Shown: positions 36,319-46,354 of the stretch, piece by piece
Layout: the number at the start of each line of letters is the position of its first letter
Numbering within the stretch: position 1 is the first letter of the stretch
Assembly: GCA_022451945.1 (NCBI GenBank)
Contig: JAKUNK010000011.1
Location: 21,255-85,254, forward strand
Direction of reading: 5' to 3'
Origin: Dehalococcoidia bacterium
Lineage (GTDB): Bacteria > Chloroflexota > Dehalococcoidia > Lucifugimonadales > UBA3495
DNA: 64,000 nt
The notes under the pieces: model-generated
Told to the model about the DNA's origin: nothing
The model's input: only the letters and a program-made list of their open reading frames with translations
The model's database searches: none
Position numbers and translations under genes: made by a program

Positions 36319-37296
36319 TTGGAGCTTTGGGATGACGCCCTGGCCGAAGAGATTGAAAGGCATGCTGTTGAGATTGCCAGAGGCGCAGGGCGTATCTTGG
36401 TGGAGCACTTCGGACGGCAGATCGACGTCGAGTTCAAAGACGATCATGAGCGTGACCCAGTAACCGCTGCCGACAAAGCTGCCCAGGAATATCTGGTGGC
36501 CGAGATAAGCAAATGCTTCCCTGATCACGGCATTCTGGGCGAAGAGGGTACCAAAGAAGAGAAGGAGTCTGAGGAACTGGCCAAGGACATTCTCTGGGTG
36601 TTGGATCCATTGGATGGCACCACCAACTTCATGAATGGGCTCCCCATGTTCGCGTCGTCCATTGGCGTGCTGTATCAGGGCTGGCCCGTGGCTGCCGCCT
36701 TGTACATACCCTGGCCAACCAATGACGGAGGATTCGTTCTCCACTGTCGGAAGGGTGGCGGATGCTTCGCCGATGATGAGAGAGTTTCGGTTTACGAATC
36801 TGACGAGCCGGTGCCGAACCGCTTGATTGGAGTGCCTGGCTACTTTGGGGTGGCACAAGGTTTCACTGGACAGTTGGCAGGCAAAGCAGGCGAAGTCCGC
36901 ACAACCGGCAGCATCGCCTATGAACTGGCTATGACAGCCAGGGGCGTACTGCAGTACGCCATGTTTGGCGCTCCTAGGCTCTGGGACATGGCCGGAGGCG
37001 CGTTGGCGGTCGTTGAGGCGGGGGGCACGGTTATGACCCGCTTTCGCGGCGAGAAACGCTGGCACCCGATGGAGTGTTTGGTGCCCGGTTGGGAAGGGAA
37101 ACCCCCAACGATGAAGGAACTGCGGAATTGGGTAGCCCCTCTGGTGGCCGGTAACCAAAAAGTGGCCCCGGTAATAGCCGACAACGTGAAAAGCCGGTTC
37201 AGCATTTCTTCCCAAGTTCGGAAGCTAACCCGGCCATTGCGGCATGAAAAAAAGAAGCCAGCAGGTAAGCTCGCTGGAACCGAAACCAAGACGTAG
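36319..37296 (+). CDS. inositol monophosphatase family protein
   Basis: Motifs WVLDPLDGTTNF and GILGEEG. There is no in-frame ATG near the N-terminus. Candidate TTG starts are at 36175, 36256 and 36319. I chose 36319 because it gives the usual distance to the A-x-x-AG helix, so the start is uncertain. Confidence 0.7.
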   Translation: MELWDDALAEEIERHAVEIARGAGRILVEHFGRQIDVEFKDDHERDPVTAADKAAQEYLVAEISKCFPDHGILGEEGTKEEKESEELAKDILWVLDPLDGTTNFMNGLPMFASSIGVLYQGWPVAAALYIPWPTNDGGFVLHCRKGGGCFADDERVSVYESDEPVPNRLIGVPGYFGVAQGFTGQLAGKAGEVRTTGSIAYELAMTARGVLQYAMFGAPRLWDMAGGALAVVEAGGTVMTRFRGEKRWHPMECLVPGWEGKPPTMKELRNWVAPLVAGNQKVAPVIADNVKSRFSISSQVRKLTRPLRHEKKKPAGKLAGTETKT

Positions 37297-37355
37297 GCGC
37301 GGGCCAAAGACCTGATTCTACGCCTCGTAATACTTAGACTGATCGAAGTGAAAAC

Positions 37356-38531
37356 CTATGCGGAGTCCGGTTCCCATCCCCAGGGGCGGGGGCCCCAACC
37401 GGCCTCGAATACTTCGCCCTTCTTGATGGCCATGACGGGGATAACAGCTTTGTCGCTTTTCTTGCCGTCACCGAGAATGTCGTAGACCATCCAGTTGCCG
37501 TCCTTGATCTCTAGAACTGATAGGTCGGCCTGTTTGCCGACAGCCAGTGTGCCCAGACGGTCGTTAACGGCTACGGCCTTGGCAGGGTTTTCGGTGGACA
37601 TAGTCACTACTTGGTCGAAGGTGAAGCCCATGGCCAAGAACCTGGTCATCATCTCGGTCATGCTGTGGACTGTGATTTGGCGGCCCGGTACGGTCAGGTC
37701 GGTGCTGATGCAGTGGGGCAGTACTCCCTGGTCCAGGACTTTTTCCGCCACATCGAAGGTAAAATTCATTCGGCCATGGGCGGTGTCCAGCCAAACGCCC
37801 CGTTCATGGGCTTCTTTGGCCTCTGGTACCAGCTTACCGTCGGCATCCAACACGCCACCGGGGTTACCAGTGAAGTAGTGGGTGACGATGTCACCTTTGT
37901 CCAGGATGGGCAGCAATTCTCTGATGACGTTGGGGTCGTAGCGCTTCAGCGTGTCGCCGATGTGCACCATCAGCGGTACCCCGGCTTCCACAGCAGCCCG
38001 CTTGGCAAGCTTGGGCATCTCGATACCCATGATCTCCAGCGCCGGGGACACCATCCGGGCCTTCACACCAGTGATGACACCGTTGCTGTTCTTGATGGTC
38101 TCTATGGTCTTGTCTAGGTCTATGCTCTCTGGGCTGAAGATGTCCGGGTTGGTAGCCAGGCCCGTGCGGCAGATGTGCAAGAAGACGATAATCTCGGTGG
38201 CCGTGTTGGGGATGATATGGGCTGGGAAACCCGCGAAGGTGTCGCAGCCGGAACTACCAGCGTCCACCATGGTGGTTACGCCGGCTCTGACTCCCCCGAT
38301 GTCTGGGTCAACTCCGTTGTCGGTCACGCCGGAGTAGACGTGTGTGTGGATGTCGATCAGTCCAGGGGTGACGACCTTGCCCTTCACTTCGACGACCCGC
38401 TTGGACTCCTCAGCGGGGATATCAGTTGCAATTTTTGCTATCTTGCCGTCCTCGATGGCAACGTCGTTGATACCGTGGAGGTTCTGGGAAGGGTCGACAA
38501 CGGTGCCGCCCTTTACTATCAGGTCATACAT
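37356..38531 (-). CDS. amidohydrolase-superfamily metallo-hydrolase (dihydroorotase/deacetylase-like)
   Basis: Motifs PGLIDIHTHVY and HIGD, plus a C-terminal composite beta domain; 391 aa. Confidence 0.75.
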   Translation of the reverse strand: MYDLIVKGGTVVDPSQNLHGINDVAIEDGKIAKIATDIPAEESKRVVEVKGKVVTPGLIDIHTHVYSGVTDNGVDPDIGGVRAGVTTMVDAGSSGCDTFAGFPAHIIPNTATEIIVFLHICRTGLATNPDIFSPESIDLDKTIETIKNSNGVITGVKARMVSPALEIMGIEMPKLAKRAAVEAGVPLMVHIGDTLKRYDPNVIRELLPILDKGDIVTHYFTGNPGGVLDADGKLVPEAKEAHERGVWLDTAHGRMNFTFDVAEKVLDQGVLPHCISTDLTVPGRQITVHSMTEMMTRFLAMGFTFDQVVTMSTENPAKAVAVNDRLGTLAVGKQADLSVLEIKDGNWMVYDILGDGKKSDKAVIPVMAIKKGEVFEAGWGPRPWGWEPDSA

Positions 38532-38701
38532 GAGAAATAGGCCTCCTGAACACGCTGAGAATCACATGAAAACAACTGGTGGCAATGCCAGACAAAAAAT
38601 TATACCGCGAAATGAACGCCAGAGAGAGCAACTAGGGGTCATGAACGGCCGGAAGGGCATCATCGGCCCCACACCAACCAATGTCAAAGCGGCTGTGCTG
38701 C

Positions 38702-39652
38702 CTAGCTAAAGAGGTCGCCTACGGATTGGCCTTTGTGTATTCGGTAGATGGCCTCGCCCAGTAGTGGTGCAACCGAAAGGACCGTGAATTTCCCGTTCTG
38801 TTTTTCAGGAGGCATGGGTATGGTGTCCGTCACTACCACCTCGGTGAAGTCGCTCTTGGCCATAACTTCGGATCCGTCTTTGGATAGCACAGGATGGGTG
38901 ACGCAGCAAAAAGTATTTTTTACTCCTTGATCATATAGTGCTTTGGCGGCGTTAACTATCGAGCCGCCGGTGACTATCTCGTCGTCAAAGACCAGTGCAG
39001 TTTTGCCTTCGACCTCACCGATGACATTCATGGTCTCGCTGATGTCATCGTTGCTGATTCGGCGTTTTTCGATAATGGCCAACGGGACCCCGAGACGCTC
39101 GGCAACGTCACGCGCCTTCTTGCTGATTCCGATGTCTACTGCCACAACTACCAAGTCCTGAATCTCTTTAGCAGCGAAATACTCACCCAAGAGGGGGAGC
39201 GTCGTCAGTTCATCAACGGGGATATTGAAGAACCCTTGTATCTGCCCAGCGTGGAGGTCAATGGTCAAGAGCCGGTCAGCGCCAGCTGCGGTGAGAAGGT
39301 CGGCCACCAACCGGGCGGTGATGGGAACGCGGGGTTGATCTTTCTTATCAGTGCGGCCATAGCCGTAATAGGGTACAACTGCGGTGATTCGGCCTGCGGA
39401 TGCTCGCTTGCAGGCATCAATCATGATTAACAGTTCCATCAGGTTGTCATTGACCGGGAAGCAGGTCGGTTGGACTATGAACACGTCCCGCTGACGGATG
39501 TTCTCGTGGATGCGGGCGAACGAATTATCGTTGGCGAACTTGAAAACTTCGGCTTGACCCAGGGGAATCTTGAGGTAATCGCAGACCGATTGGGCTAGTT
39601 CGGGGTGCCCGTTCCCGGTGAAGACCTTAAGTTCGTCAATGATTGGATTCAT
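38702..39652 (-). CDS. prs: ribose-phosphate pyrophosphokinase
   Basis: Motifs VFTGNGHPELAQ, VVPYYGYGRTDKK, DLHAGQIQGFF and DDEIVTGGS. Confidence 0.95.
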   Translation of the reverse strand: MNPIIDELKVFTGNGHPELAQSVCDYLKIPLGQAEVFKFANDNSFARIHENIRQRDVFIVQPTCFPVNDNLMELLIMIDACKRASAGRITAVVPYYGYGRTDKKDQPRVPITARLVADLLTAAGADRLLTIDLHAGQIQGFFNIPVDELTTLPLLGEYFAAKEIQDLVVVAVDIGISKKARDVAERLGVPLAIIEKRRISNDDISETMNVIGEVEGKTALVFDDEIVTGGSIVNAAKALYDQGVKNTFCCVTHPVLSKDGSEVMAKSDFTEVVVTDTIPMPPEKQNGKFTVLSVAPLLGEAIYRIHKGQSVGDLFS

Positions 39653-40470
39653 TAGCGGCCCTCGTATAACGGTTTTCGCGATTCCCGAATCGCCCTAGTT
39701 CCCTCGCCATGATCATAGGAGGTTAATGTGATTGTCTCTGCCGCGGCTGCCATCTTCAAGGCTGTTTCCAGGTCAAACTCAAGACCTTTGTAGAGCATGA
39801 GTTTGGAGAGGCGTATAGCGATGGGCGGCCCGGCGGCTATTTTGCGGGCTATCTCCATTGTCGTTGATTCCAGGTCATCCTCGTTAACCAGACGGTTCAG
39901 GAAGCCCAGGCGGTAGCCTTCATCTGCTTCCATGAAATCGCCCGTGAACATCAGTTCCGCCGCCTTACCCATGCTGCCCAGGGCCCGTGGGTAGAGCCAC
40001 GTGCCGCCAAAACCCGGGAACAGACCGATGCGTACATAGGCCACCATGAATCTCGCTTTCTCCGAAGCGATTCTGATATCGCAGGCGCAGGCCAAATCGA
40101 AACCAGCTCCCACTGCCACGCCGTTAATCATTGCGATTACCGGCTTCTCCATCCGCTGTATCCCCAGAATCATCCTTTGAGCCAAACGGAAACTGCGGCG
40201 GATGTCGTCGGTGTTCTCAGATACCCACATCCCAGGGTCGCTGCCGCCCTGCAGAGCATTCAAGTCGCCTCCAGCGCAGAAGGCGTCTCCGGCTCCGGTG
40301 AGGACCAGTACTCGGATATCATCGTCAGCGGCCACATCATCAATGGCCTGACCTATCTCGTCGGTGGCGTCGTCGTGGAGAGCGTTCCTGCGATCGGGTC
40401 TGTTGATGGTTAATCTTGCGATGTGTTCGACAGGGTCTTTTTCGAGAATTATGTACTGGTAATTGGGCAT
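39652..40470 (-). CDS. enoyl-CoA hydratase/isomerase (crotonase) family protein
   Basis: Motifs LTINRPDRRNAL, LTGAGDAFCAGGDL and NGVAVGAGFDLACACD. The ATG at 40470 is the start. The stop overlaps the prs start (TAATG). Confidence 0.85.
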   Translation of the reverse strand: MPNYQYIILEKDPVEHIARLTINRPDRRNALHDDATDEIGQAIDDVAADDDIRVLVLTGAGDAFCAGGDLNALQGGSDPGMWVSENTDDIRRSFRLAQRMILGIQRMEKPVIAMINGVAVGAGFDLACACDIRIASEKARFMVAYVRIGLFPGFGGTWLYPRALGSMGKAAELMFTGDFMEADEGYRLGFLNRLVNEDDLESTTMEIARKIAAGPPIAIRLSKLMLYKGLEFDLETALKMAAAAETITLTSYDHGEGTRAIRESRKPLYEGR

Positions 40471-40683
40471 AGTTGTGCAAGGGTCTGGTTGGAGCAAAGT
40501 GGATTATAGCATAGGATTTGAGGCTGTAAAAGGCGAAATCAGAGGGATCCAGCTGGTTTCGAAAACATATGAAAAAATACGCGCATACGATATTATTAAC
40601 AAGATTGGGAGCGGGCGGGCCGTAACGCTTTTGAATCCGCGTGAGCGGCCATCTCAATCCGGTCAGATATAGGAGGACAGGCG

Positions 40684-41583
40684 TTGGAGGTCTTACTTAG
40701 TTCACCCAGGGGATTCTGCGCTGGAGTGGTCCGAGCCATTGATGTTGTTGATATCTGCCTGAGGAGGTACGGACCACCGGTCTACGTTAAACATCAGATC
40801 GTGCACAACCCTTACGTGGTAAATGATTTGGAACGCCGTGGTGCCATCACAGTTGAAGAAGTCGAAGAGGTACCTGAAGGATCGGTGGTCGTATTTTCAG
40901 CCCACGGCTCGCCACCCGATGACTTCAAGAAGGCTAAGGCCCGCAACCTTCGGGTTATAGACGCCGTTTGCCCGCTGGTAACTAGAGTGCACAACGAGGC
41001 CAAGAAATATCATCGTGAAGGAAAGAAGGTGATATTGGTCGGCCACCGGGGCCATCAGGAGGTCAGGGGGACCATGGGCCAAGTTGAGATGACCCTTATC
41101 GACGATACTTCAGAGAGAGAACTACCGGATTGGGGATCTGACCAGGAAGTGGCTGTGCTCACGCAGACTACCCTTTCCGTAGGTGATACCGCCAGAGCGA
41201 TCAGTTCTATCAGAGATAAATTCTCCGACGCCGTGGTTCGGAACGATATCTGCTATGCCACCACCAACCGCCAAGACGCAGTGACCGAAATGGCCAACAG
41301 TGTCGACCTGGTTCTGGTTATCGGGGCTGAGAATAGTTCCAATTGCAACCGGCTCCGAGAGGTTGCGGAGGCTCTGGGGGTCGAATCCTACCTGATCAAC
41401 GGCCCCGAAGAGATCGAGCCCTCATGGCTGGACGGCAAGAGCAAAGTAGGCATAACATCAGGCGCCTCAACTCCGGAGGTGCTGGTTGAGGCCGTGATAG
41501 ATAAATTGGCGCCGGAAAAGGTGACTATGGTGTCCGGTATAGAAGAAGACATCACATTCAATCTGCCCCGGGAACTTCGTTAA
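40684..41583 (+). CDS. ispH: 4-hydroxy-3-methylbut-2-enyl diphosphate reductase
   Basis: SPRGFCAGVVRAI, the CPLVTRVH-type Cys, and NSSNCNRL. TTG start. Confidence 0.95.
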   Translation: MEVLLSSPRGFCAGVVRAIDVVDICLRRYGPPVYVKHQIVHNPYVVNDLERRGAITVEEVEEVPEGSVVVFSAHGSPPDDFKKAKARNLRVIDAVCPLVTRVHNEAKKYHREGKKVILVGHRGHQEVRGTMGQVEMTLIDDTSERELPDWGSDQEVAVLTQTTLSVGDTARAISSIRDKFSDAVVRNDICYATTNRQDAVTEMANSVDLVLVIGAENSSNCNRLREVAEALGVESYLINGPEEIEPSWLDGKSKVGITSGASTPEVLVEAVIDKLAPEKVTMVSGIEEDITFNLPRELR

Positions 41584-41620
41584 TCTTGAGTCATCTTCCG
41601 TCTGACTGATCTGTGTTCTG

Positions 41621-42676
41621 ATGCCCTCAGTACTCCATCAAGACTCAACGCAGCAATACGGAATGCCGGACAGACCTCCCGCACGTCCCCCATCCATCAT
41701 TCGGCGGATTCTGTCTCTGCCGGCAATCATCTCTATGGCGCTCTCCGTCGCATTCTTAGTCTTCATCATCACTCGGTTCGATGTCGAACTGAGTGGTACC
41801 TGGAACCAGGTCACCGACTCCAATCCCTGGATTTTAGCCCTAGCCGTCGTTGTCCACTACACCACGTTCCTCTTTCGGGGAGCCCGCTGGCGTTTGCTTT
41901 TACAAAACACATCTGATCCTGACACTGAAGTCCCAGGAGTGGTTTATTGCAGTCAGTTGGTGCTCCTGGGCTGGTTCGCCAATTCCGTGGCCTGGCTCCG
42001 ATTGGGGGACGCCTACCGGGCCTACCTTTATAGGGACGAGCAGAAAGGATCGTTTTCGCGGACTATCGGGACTATTCTGGCGGAACGTGCTTTGGACATG
42101 ATACTGGTCTCGCTTTTGATATTGACCGCCGTGCCTTTCTTGCTAGACAGCGGTGACCGCGTCACGTTGGCCGTGTTGGTTTTGGCTGTTTCTCTGGTGG
42201 CGGGACTGGCTGTGATCTTAGCTGCCATGACCTGGGCTAGAGCACTGCTGCTGAAAAGACTACCGCCATTCTTGTCTATACGCTACGAGCGATTCCACCA
42301 GGGGACGATTGGAAGCTTCCAGCGGATGCCTGAAGCCACGGTATGGGGCCTGCTGGGTTGGTCGGCAGAAATAGCACGGATGTACTTGGTGGTCGAGGCT
42401 CTGGGGTTCGATATCAGTTTGGCTTTAGTTGTGTTCTTAACTTTAGCAAACTCTTTGCTCACATTGGTGCCGACCCCAGGCGGCGTCGGGGCTGTGGAGC
42501 CGGGCGTCGGCGGGTTGGCGGTCCGCTTGTCCGGTCTGACGGCGACATCGGCCGCCGCGTTGGTGTTGATCGACCGGGCTATAACTTATTTCAGTGTCAT
42601 TCTCTTAGGCGCCGCCATATTCGTGGTTCGCCAAACCTTTTGGCGTTCCGGGCTGGCCGAACCCGCGGAGGCCTAA
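41621..42676 (+). CDS. flippase-like / lysylphosphatidylglycerol-synthase TM-region family membrane protein (UPF0104)
   Basis: Polytopic membrane protein. FLFRGARWRLLL and TPGGVGAVE motifs are typical of this family. Confidence 0.65.
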   Translation: MPSVLHQDSTQQYGMPDRPPARPPSIIRRILSLPAIISMALSVAFLVFIITRFDVELSGTWNQVTDSNPWILALAVVVHYTTFLFRGARWRLLLQNTSDPDTEVPGVVYCSQLVLLGWFANSVAWLRLGDAYRAYLYRDEQKGSFSRTIGTILAERALDMILVSLLILTAVPFLLDSGDRVTLAVLVLAVSLVAGLAVILAAMTWARALLLKRLPPFLSIRYERFHQGTIGSFQRMPEATVWGLLGWSAEIARMYLVVEALGFDISLALVVFLTLANSLLTLVPTPGGVGAVEPGVGGLAVRLSGLTATSAAALVLIDRAITYFSVILLGAAIFVVRQTFWRSGLAEPAEA

Positions 42677-42685
42677 AAGGAAAGC

Positions 42686-43057
42686 ATGCTATATACGGCC
42701 AGCTTCTACCATCCGGAACATTGGAAGGGCACGGTTTACCGTATCTCAAGGGCGCATCCTCGCGGTCAGACCACCAAATGGGAGACCCAGCCCTTCCTCT
42801 ATCCCTCGCGTCAATTATTGGATGAATACAGGCATGGTGTAGTCGATTTTGATGGACTCACCCTGCGGTACCGAGAGGAATTGGAGACTAATTACAATTG
42901 GGAGGCGGGCTTCCAGGATTGGCTGGGTTTGCTTAGCCCGGAAGAGGATTTCACTCTGCTTTGCTTTGAGCCGGCCGGCGAGCCGTGCCACCGCAGAGTG
43001 GCAGCAGCCTGGTTATTGGAAAAGATTCCGGAGCTGGGAACGGGGCAGGTGCGCTAG
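42686..43057 (+). CDS. DUF488 domain protein
   Basis: MLYTASF start and LLCFEPAGEPCHRRV, the characteristic LLC-x-E...CHR motif. Confidence 0.65.
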   Translation: MLYTASFYHPEHWKGTVYRISRAHPRGQTTKWETQPFLYPSRQLLDEYRHGVVDFDGLTLRYREELETNYNWEAGFQDWLGLLSPEEDFTLLCFEPAGEPCHRRVAAAWLLEKIPELGTGQVR

Positions 43058-43078
43058 CCTATCTGGTCGTTGACTGGG

Positions 43079-44083
43079 CTACCATTCCGACCGGGCGGGC
43101 CTGGCCATCAACTCGGCCATGGCCCTTTGCGGCGACAACCCCTCGAACAGCACCCGGGACGCCATCTCGGCTATGGGCATCTCCACGCTAAGGTTTTTAG
43201 CCAGGACTAAAGCTGCCTGAGTAGCGTTCACTCCTTCGGCCACGTTGTCCATGGACTCCCGTATCTCATCCCAAGAGCGGCCTTTGGCCAGTTGTTCACC
43301 CACGAACCGGTTTCGGCTGAGGCGGCTGGAGCAGGTGGCAACCACATCGCCCAGCCCTGCTAGCCCTGCGAAGGTCAATGGGTCTGCTCCGGCGGCGATG
43401 CCCAGGCGGGTCATCTCGGCCAGACCACGGGTTATGAATGCGGCTTTGGCGTTTTCCCCAGCCTCCATACCGTCACCGATCCCAGCCCCCAGAGCCACGA
43501 TGTTTTTTAAGGCGCCTGCCAGTTCTACTCCCAGGACGTCGGCGCTGGTGTAGATTCGGAAGTTGGTTGACATCAGAGCGTCCTGGGCTTGCTTTGCCGC
43601 TTCATAGCTTTGGCCCGCTATGACCGTAGAAGCCGGCTGGCCTTGGACGATTTCCTTAGCTAAGTTGGGTCCTGACAATACGCAGATGCCTGAGTGGAGT
43701 TCGACGGGCAGTTCGTCCTCCAGCACCTGACTCATCCTTCGGGCTTCAGGCAATTCCAAACCCTTGGTGGCGCTCAGCACGATGGTTTTGGGTTGGAGAT
43801 GGGGCGTTATCTGGCGGATGTTTTCCCTGAATCGGTCCGACGGTACAGCAATAACCACTAGATCGCTCTTTTTTAGGGCAATCCCTGGTTGGCCGGTAAT
43901 GGTCAGGCGTTCAGGGAAAGGGGCGTCAGGGAGGAATCGGTTGTTGCGCCGTGCCGCGGATATGGTATTGGCTTCAGCTTCGGTTCTGGCGAGCATGGTT
44001 ACCGAGACATTGTTCTGGGTCAGCAAGATGCCCAGAGTTGTCCCCCAGGTAGTCGTTCCGATGATGGCTGCTCGATCGCTCAA
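43079..44083 (-). CDS. gpsA: NAD(P)H-dependent glycerol-3-phosphate dehydrogenase
   Basis: Motifs AIIGTTTWGTTLG, SATKGLE and ALKNIVALGAG. It sits in the conserved der-plsY-gpsA order. Confidence 0.9.
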   Translation of the reverse strand: MSDRAAIIGTTTWGTTLGILLTQNNVSVTMLARTEAEANTISAARRNNRFLPDAPFPERLTITGQPGIALKKSDLVVIAVPSDRFRENIRQITPHLQPKTIVLSATKGLELPEARRMSQVLEDELPVELHSGICVLSGPNLAKEIVQGQPASTVIAGQSYEAAKQAQDALMSTNFRIYTSADVLGVELAGALKNIVALGAGIGDGMEAGENAKAAFITRGLAEMTRLGIAAGADPLTFAGLAGLGDVVATCSSRLSRNRFVGEQLAKGRSWDEIRESMDNVAEGVNATQAALVLAKNLSVEMPIAEMASRVLFEGLSPQRAMAELMARPARSEW

Positions 44084-44180
44084 TCAAAAACCGCTGAAAC
44101 TAATGTAGGTCCGCTCCGGAACCGGACGCTTCTAGTCTATGGCGAAAAATCGGATCAGTCGAGCAAGAGGAGTGGGAGGA

Positions 44181-44900
44181 TTACTCCACTTTGGTGGCGG
44201 GGTGGCCCAATCGACGTTCGTTGCCGTCGCGGATTCGCTGAATGTTGTCCCGATGTTGCCAGACGATGATGATGCAGGCGATGAAGCCATAGATCATATA
44301 GGTATCGGAGTGCACATCGGCTAATGCCAAAGCGAGGATAGAGAACGCCCCAATCACGACGCCGACTACTGAACCCAATGATATATATCTACTTAGATAA
44401 GTGATGGCTAAGAAGGTGGCGGTGGCGACGACAGCCGCAACGGGGACCATCAAAGCCAGACCTCCTAATGCCGTCAGTATGCCGCGGCCTCCCTTGAATC
44501 GCAGGAACACGGGCCAGTTGTGGCCCACCAAGACGATTAGCCCGGCGGCTACTTCTGCACCGTGGGAGCCGATGACTTCCCTGGAAATAATCACTGCTAT
44601 AACTCCCTTGGCGATATCCAAGGTCAGAACCACCGCGGCCGACTTTACACCCCCGGTGCGCAGCACGTTGGACATGCCGGTACGTCCGCTTCCGTATTCG
44701 CGGACATCAACGCCCATCTTCCACTGCAGGACCATGTAGCCCCAAGATATAGAACCCATCAGATAGGCTAAGAGCATGACAACGATATATTTTGCGGATT
44801 CGGACTGGCCGTCCATCGTTAGTAGGGTGACAACCACTCCGGTAATGATAAATGGTATGGCCACTGCTTGGATGATGATCGATGTGGGGAGTCTTTTCAT
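44181..44900 (-). CDS. plsY: glycerol-3-phosphate acyltransferase PlsY
   Basis: Motifs AYLMGSISWGY, GSGRTGMSNVLR and KGGRGILT. There is an extra N-terminal hydrophobic segment, so the start is uncertain. Confidence 0.8.
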   Translation of the reverse strand: MKRLPTSIIIQAVAIPFIITGVVVTLLTMDGQSESAKYIVVMLLAYLMGSISWGYMVLQWKMGVDVREYGSGRTGMSNVLRTGGVKSAAVVLTLDIAKGVIAVIISREVIGSHGAEVAAGLIVLVGHNWPVFLRFKGGRGILTALGGLALMVPVAAVVATATFLAITYLSRYISLGSVVGVVIGAFSILALALADVHSDTYMIYGFIACIIIVWQHRDNIQRIRDGNERRLGHPATKVE

Positions 44901-44938
44901 GGAGCTAATGCTGGTAGCCAGCCGTAAGGCGCTGGTGA

Positions 44939-46300
44939 TTATCTGGCTTTGAACACTAATTTCAGGTGAGTACGGTCAAAGCCGAAGGTGTCGCGTATCT
45001 TGTTCTCAAGATAGCGCTGGTAAGTGTAGTGTACCAGTTGGGGATTATTGACTGTGAAAAGGAAAGTCGGCGGGTTTATCCCAACCTGTTGTATCCGGTT
45101 GATTTGAACACGCTGTCCCCGGTGTTTCCTGACTACGGGCGGTTGATGGTCGGCCAAGGCGTCGGCCAGCATGAATTGGAGGTCGCGTGAGCGCACCAGC
45201 CGCATGCGTTCCAGCCAGAGGTCTTGGGCGCTGTCCATCAATGTTTTGATGCCTTCGCCTTCTAGGGCTGAAGTGAAGATGATGGGCACGTATGGCATGA
45301 AATGTAGCCGGTCGCGAATCATGGCGGCGGCGTGGTAACGGGCGCCAGCGCCTTCATCGGCGAAAAGGTCCCATTTGTTTATCACCACAATTAGCCCTCG
45401 GCATATCTCCCAGGCTAACCCCGCGATATGGGCGTCTTGGGCGGTGGCTAGCTCCGAAGCGTCGGTCACTAACAGGGTTATGTCGCTGCGGTTCACCGCT
45501 CCAACCGCCCTGATCACACTGTATTTCTCTATGCCCTTCTCCACCTGACCGGGGCGTCGGATACCGGCTGTGTCGATGACCACGATATCGCGGCCGTTGT
45601 ATCTTATCTGGGTGTCAAGTGCGTCCCTAGTGGTACCGGCGACCTCGCTTACGATGGACCGGTCTGCGCCTAAGATAGCGTTTAACAGGCTCGATTTACC
45701 AACATTAGTCCGTCCGACGATTGCAAGATTGAGCGCTCCTTGATCATATGTGGGCGCTGAATCATCCAGTTCTTCCATCTCCTCTTCTGGGCCATATGGA
45801 TCGGGTTCCATATGGGAGATAACCCGTGCCATGAGGCTGTAGATACCGTAGTTGTGGAAGGCGCTGATGGGTTCCGGGTCGCCCATACCCAAACCGTAAA
45901 ACTCAGGCGCGCCAAACTCACGCGTGTCGTTGTCGACTTTGTTGACGGCCAAGACCACTGGTTTCTTGGTGGAGCGCAGCAACTCAGCGGCCTCTATGTC
46001 AGAGGGAGTCATGCCGTCGACCACGTCTGTCATCAGTATGATCACATCGGCGTCAGCCACGGCCATCTCGGCTTGTTCTTGGACCAATTGTCTGATGACA
46101 CCTTCTGGATGGGCCTCAAGTCCGCCGGTGTCCAACAGGATGAAATGGTAATCTTCCCACCAGGCATCGGCCATCAGGCGGTCACGGGTAGTGCCTGCGA
46201 CCTCGCTGACGATTGCGTGTCGGCGGCCGATAATGCGGTTGAAGAGAGATGATTTGCCGACGTTGGGTCGGCCGATAATTGCCACTATTGGGATTGCCAA
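44939..46300 (-). CDS. der: ribosome biogenesis GTPase Der (EngA)
   Basis: Two G-domains (GRPNVGKSSLFN and GRTNVGKSSLLN) plus a KH-like C-terminus. TTG start. Confidence 0.95.
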   Translation of the reverse strand: MAIPIVAIIGRPNVGKSSLFNRIIGRRHAIVSEVAGTTRDRLMADAWWEDYHFILLDTGGLEAHPEGVIRQLVQEQAEMAVADADVIILMTDVVDGMTPSDIEAAELLRSTKKPVVLAVNKVDNDTREFGAPEFYGLGMGDPEPISAFHNYGIYSLMARVISHMEPDPYGPEEEMEELDDSAPTYDQGALNLAIVGRTNVGKSSLLNAILGADRSIVSEVAGTTRDALDTQIRYNGRDIVVIDTAGIRRPGQVEKGIEKYSVIRAVGAVNRSDITLLVTDASELATAQDAHIAGLAWEICRGLIVVINKWDLFADEGAGARYHAAAMIRDRLHFMPYVPIIFTSALEGEGIKTLMDSAQDLWLERMRLVRSRDLQFMLADALADHQPPVVRKHRGQRVQINRIQQVGINPPTFLFTVNNPQLVHYTYQRYLENKIRDTFGFDRTHLKLVFKAR

Positions 46301-46354
46301 TTCAACACCAAACTAAGTCTAGCTCGCGGCTTGGATTCTTCTTTGTAGAAGGCT

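Noticed and set aside
36298-37215. 305-aa minus-strand ORF overlapping the inositol monophosphatase gene
   Set aside because: The plus-strand frame carries the IMPase motifs (WVLDPLDGTTNF). The antisense frame has no recognisable features.
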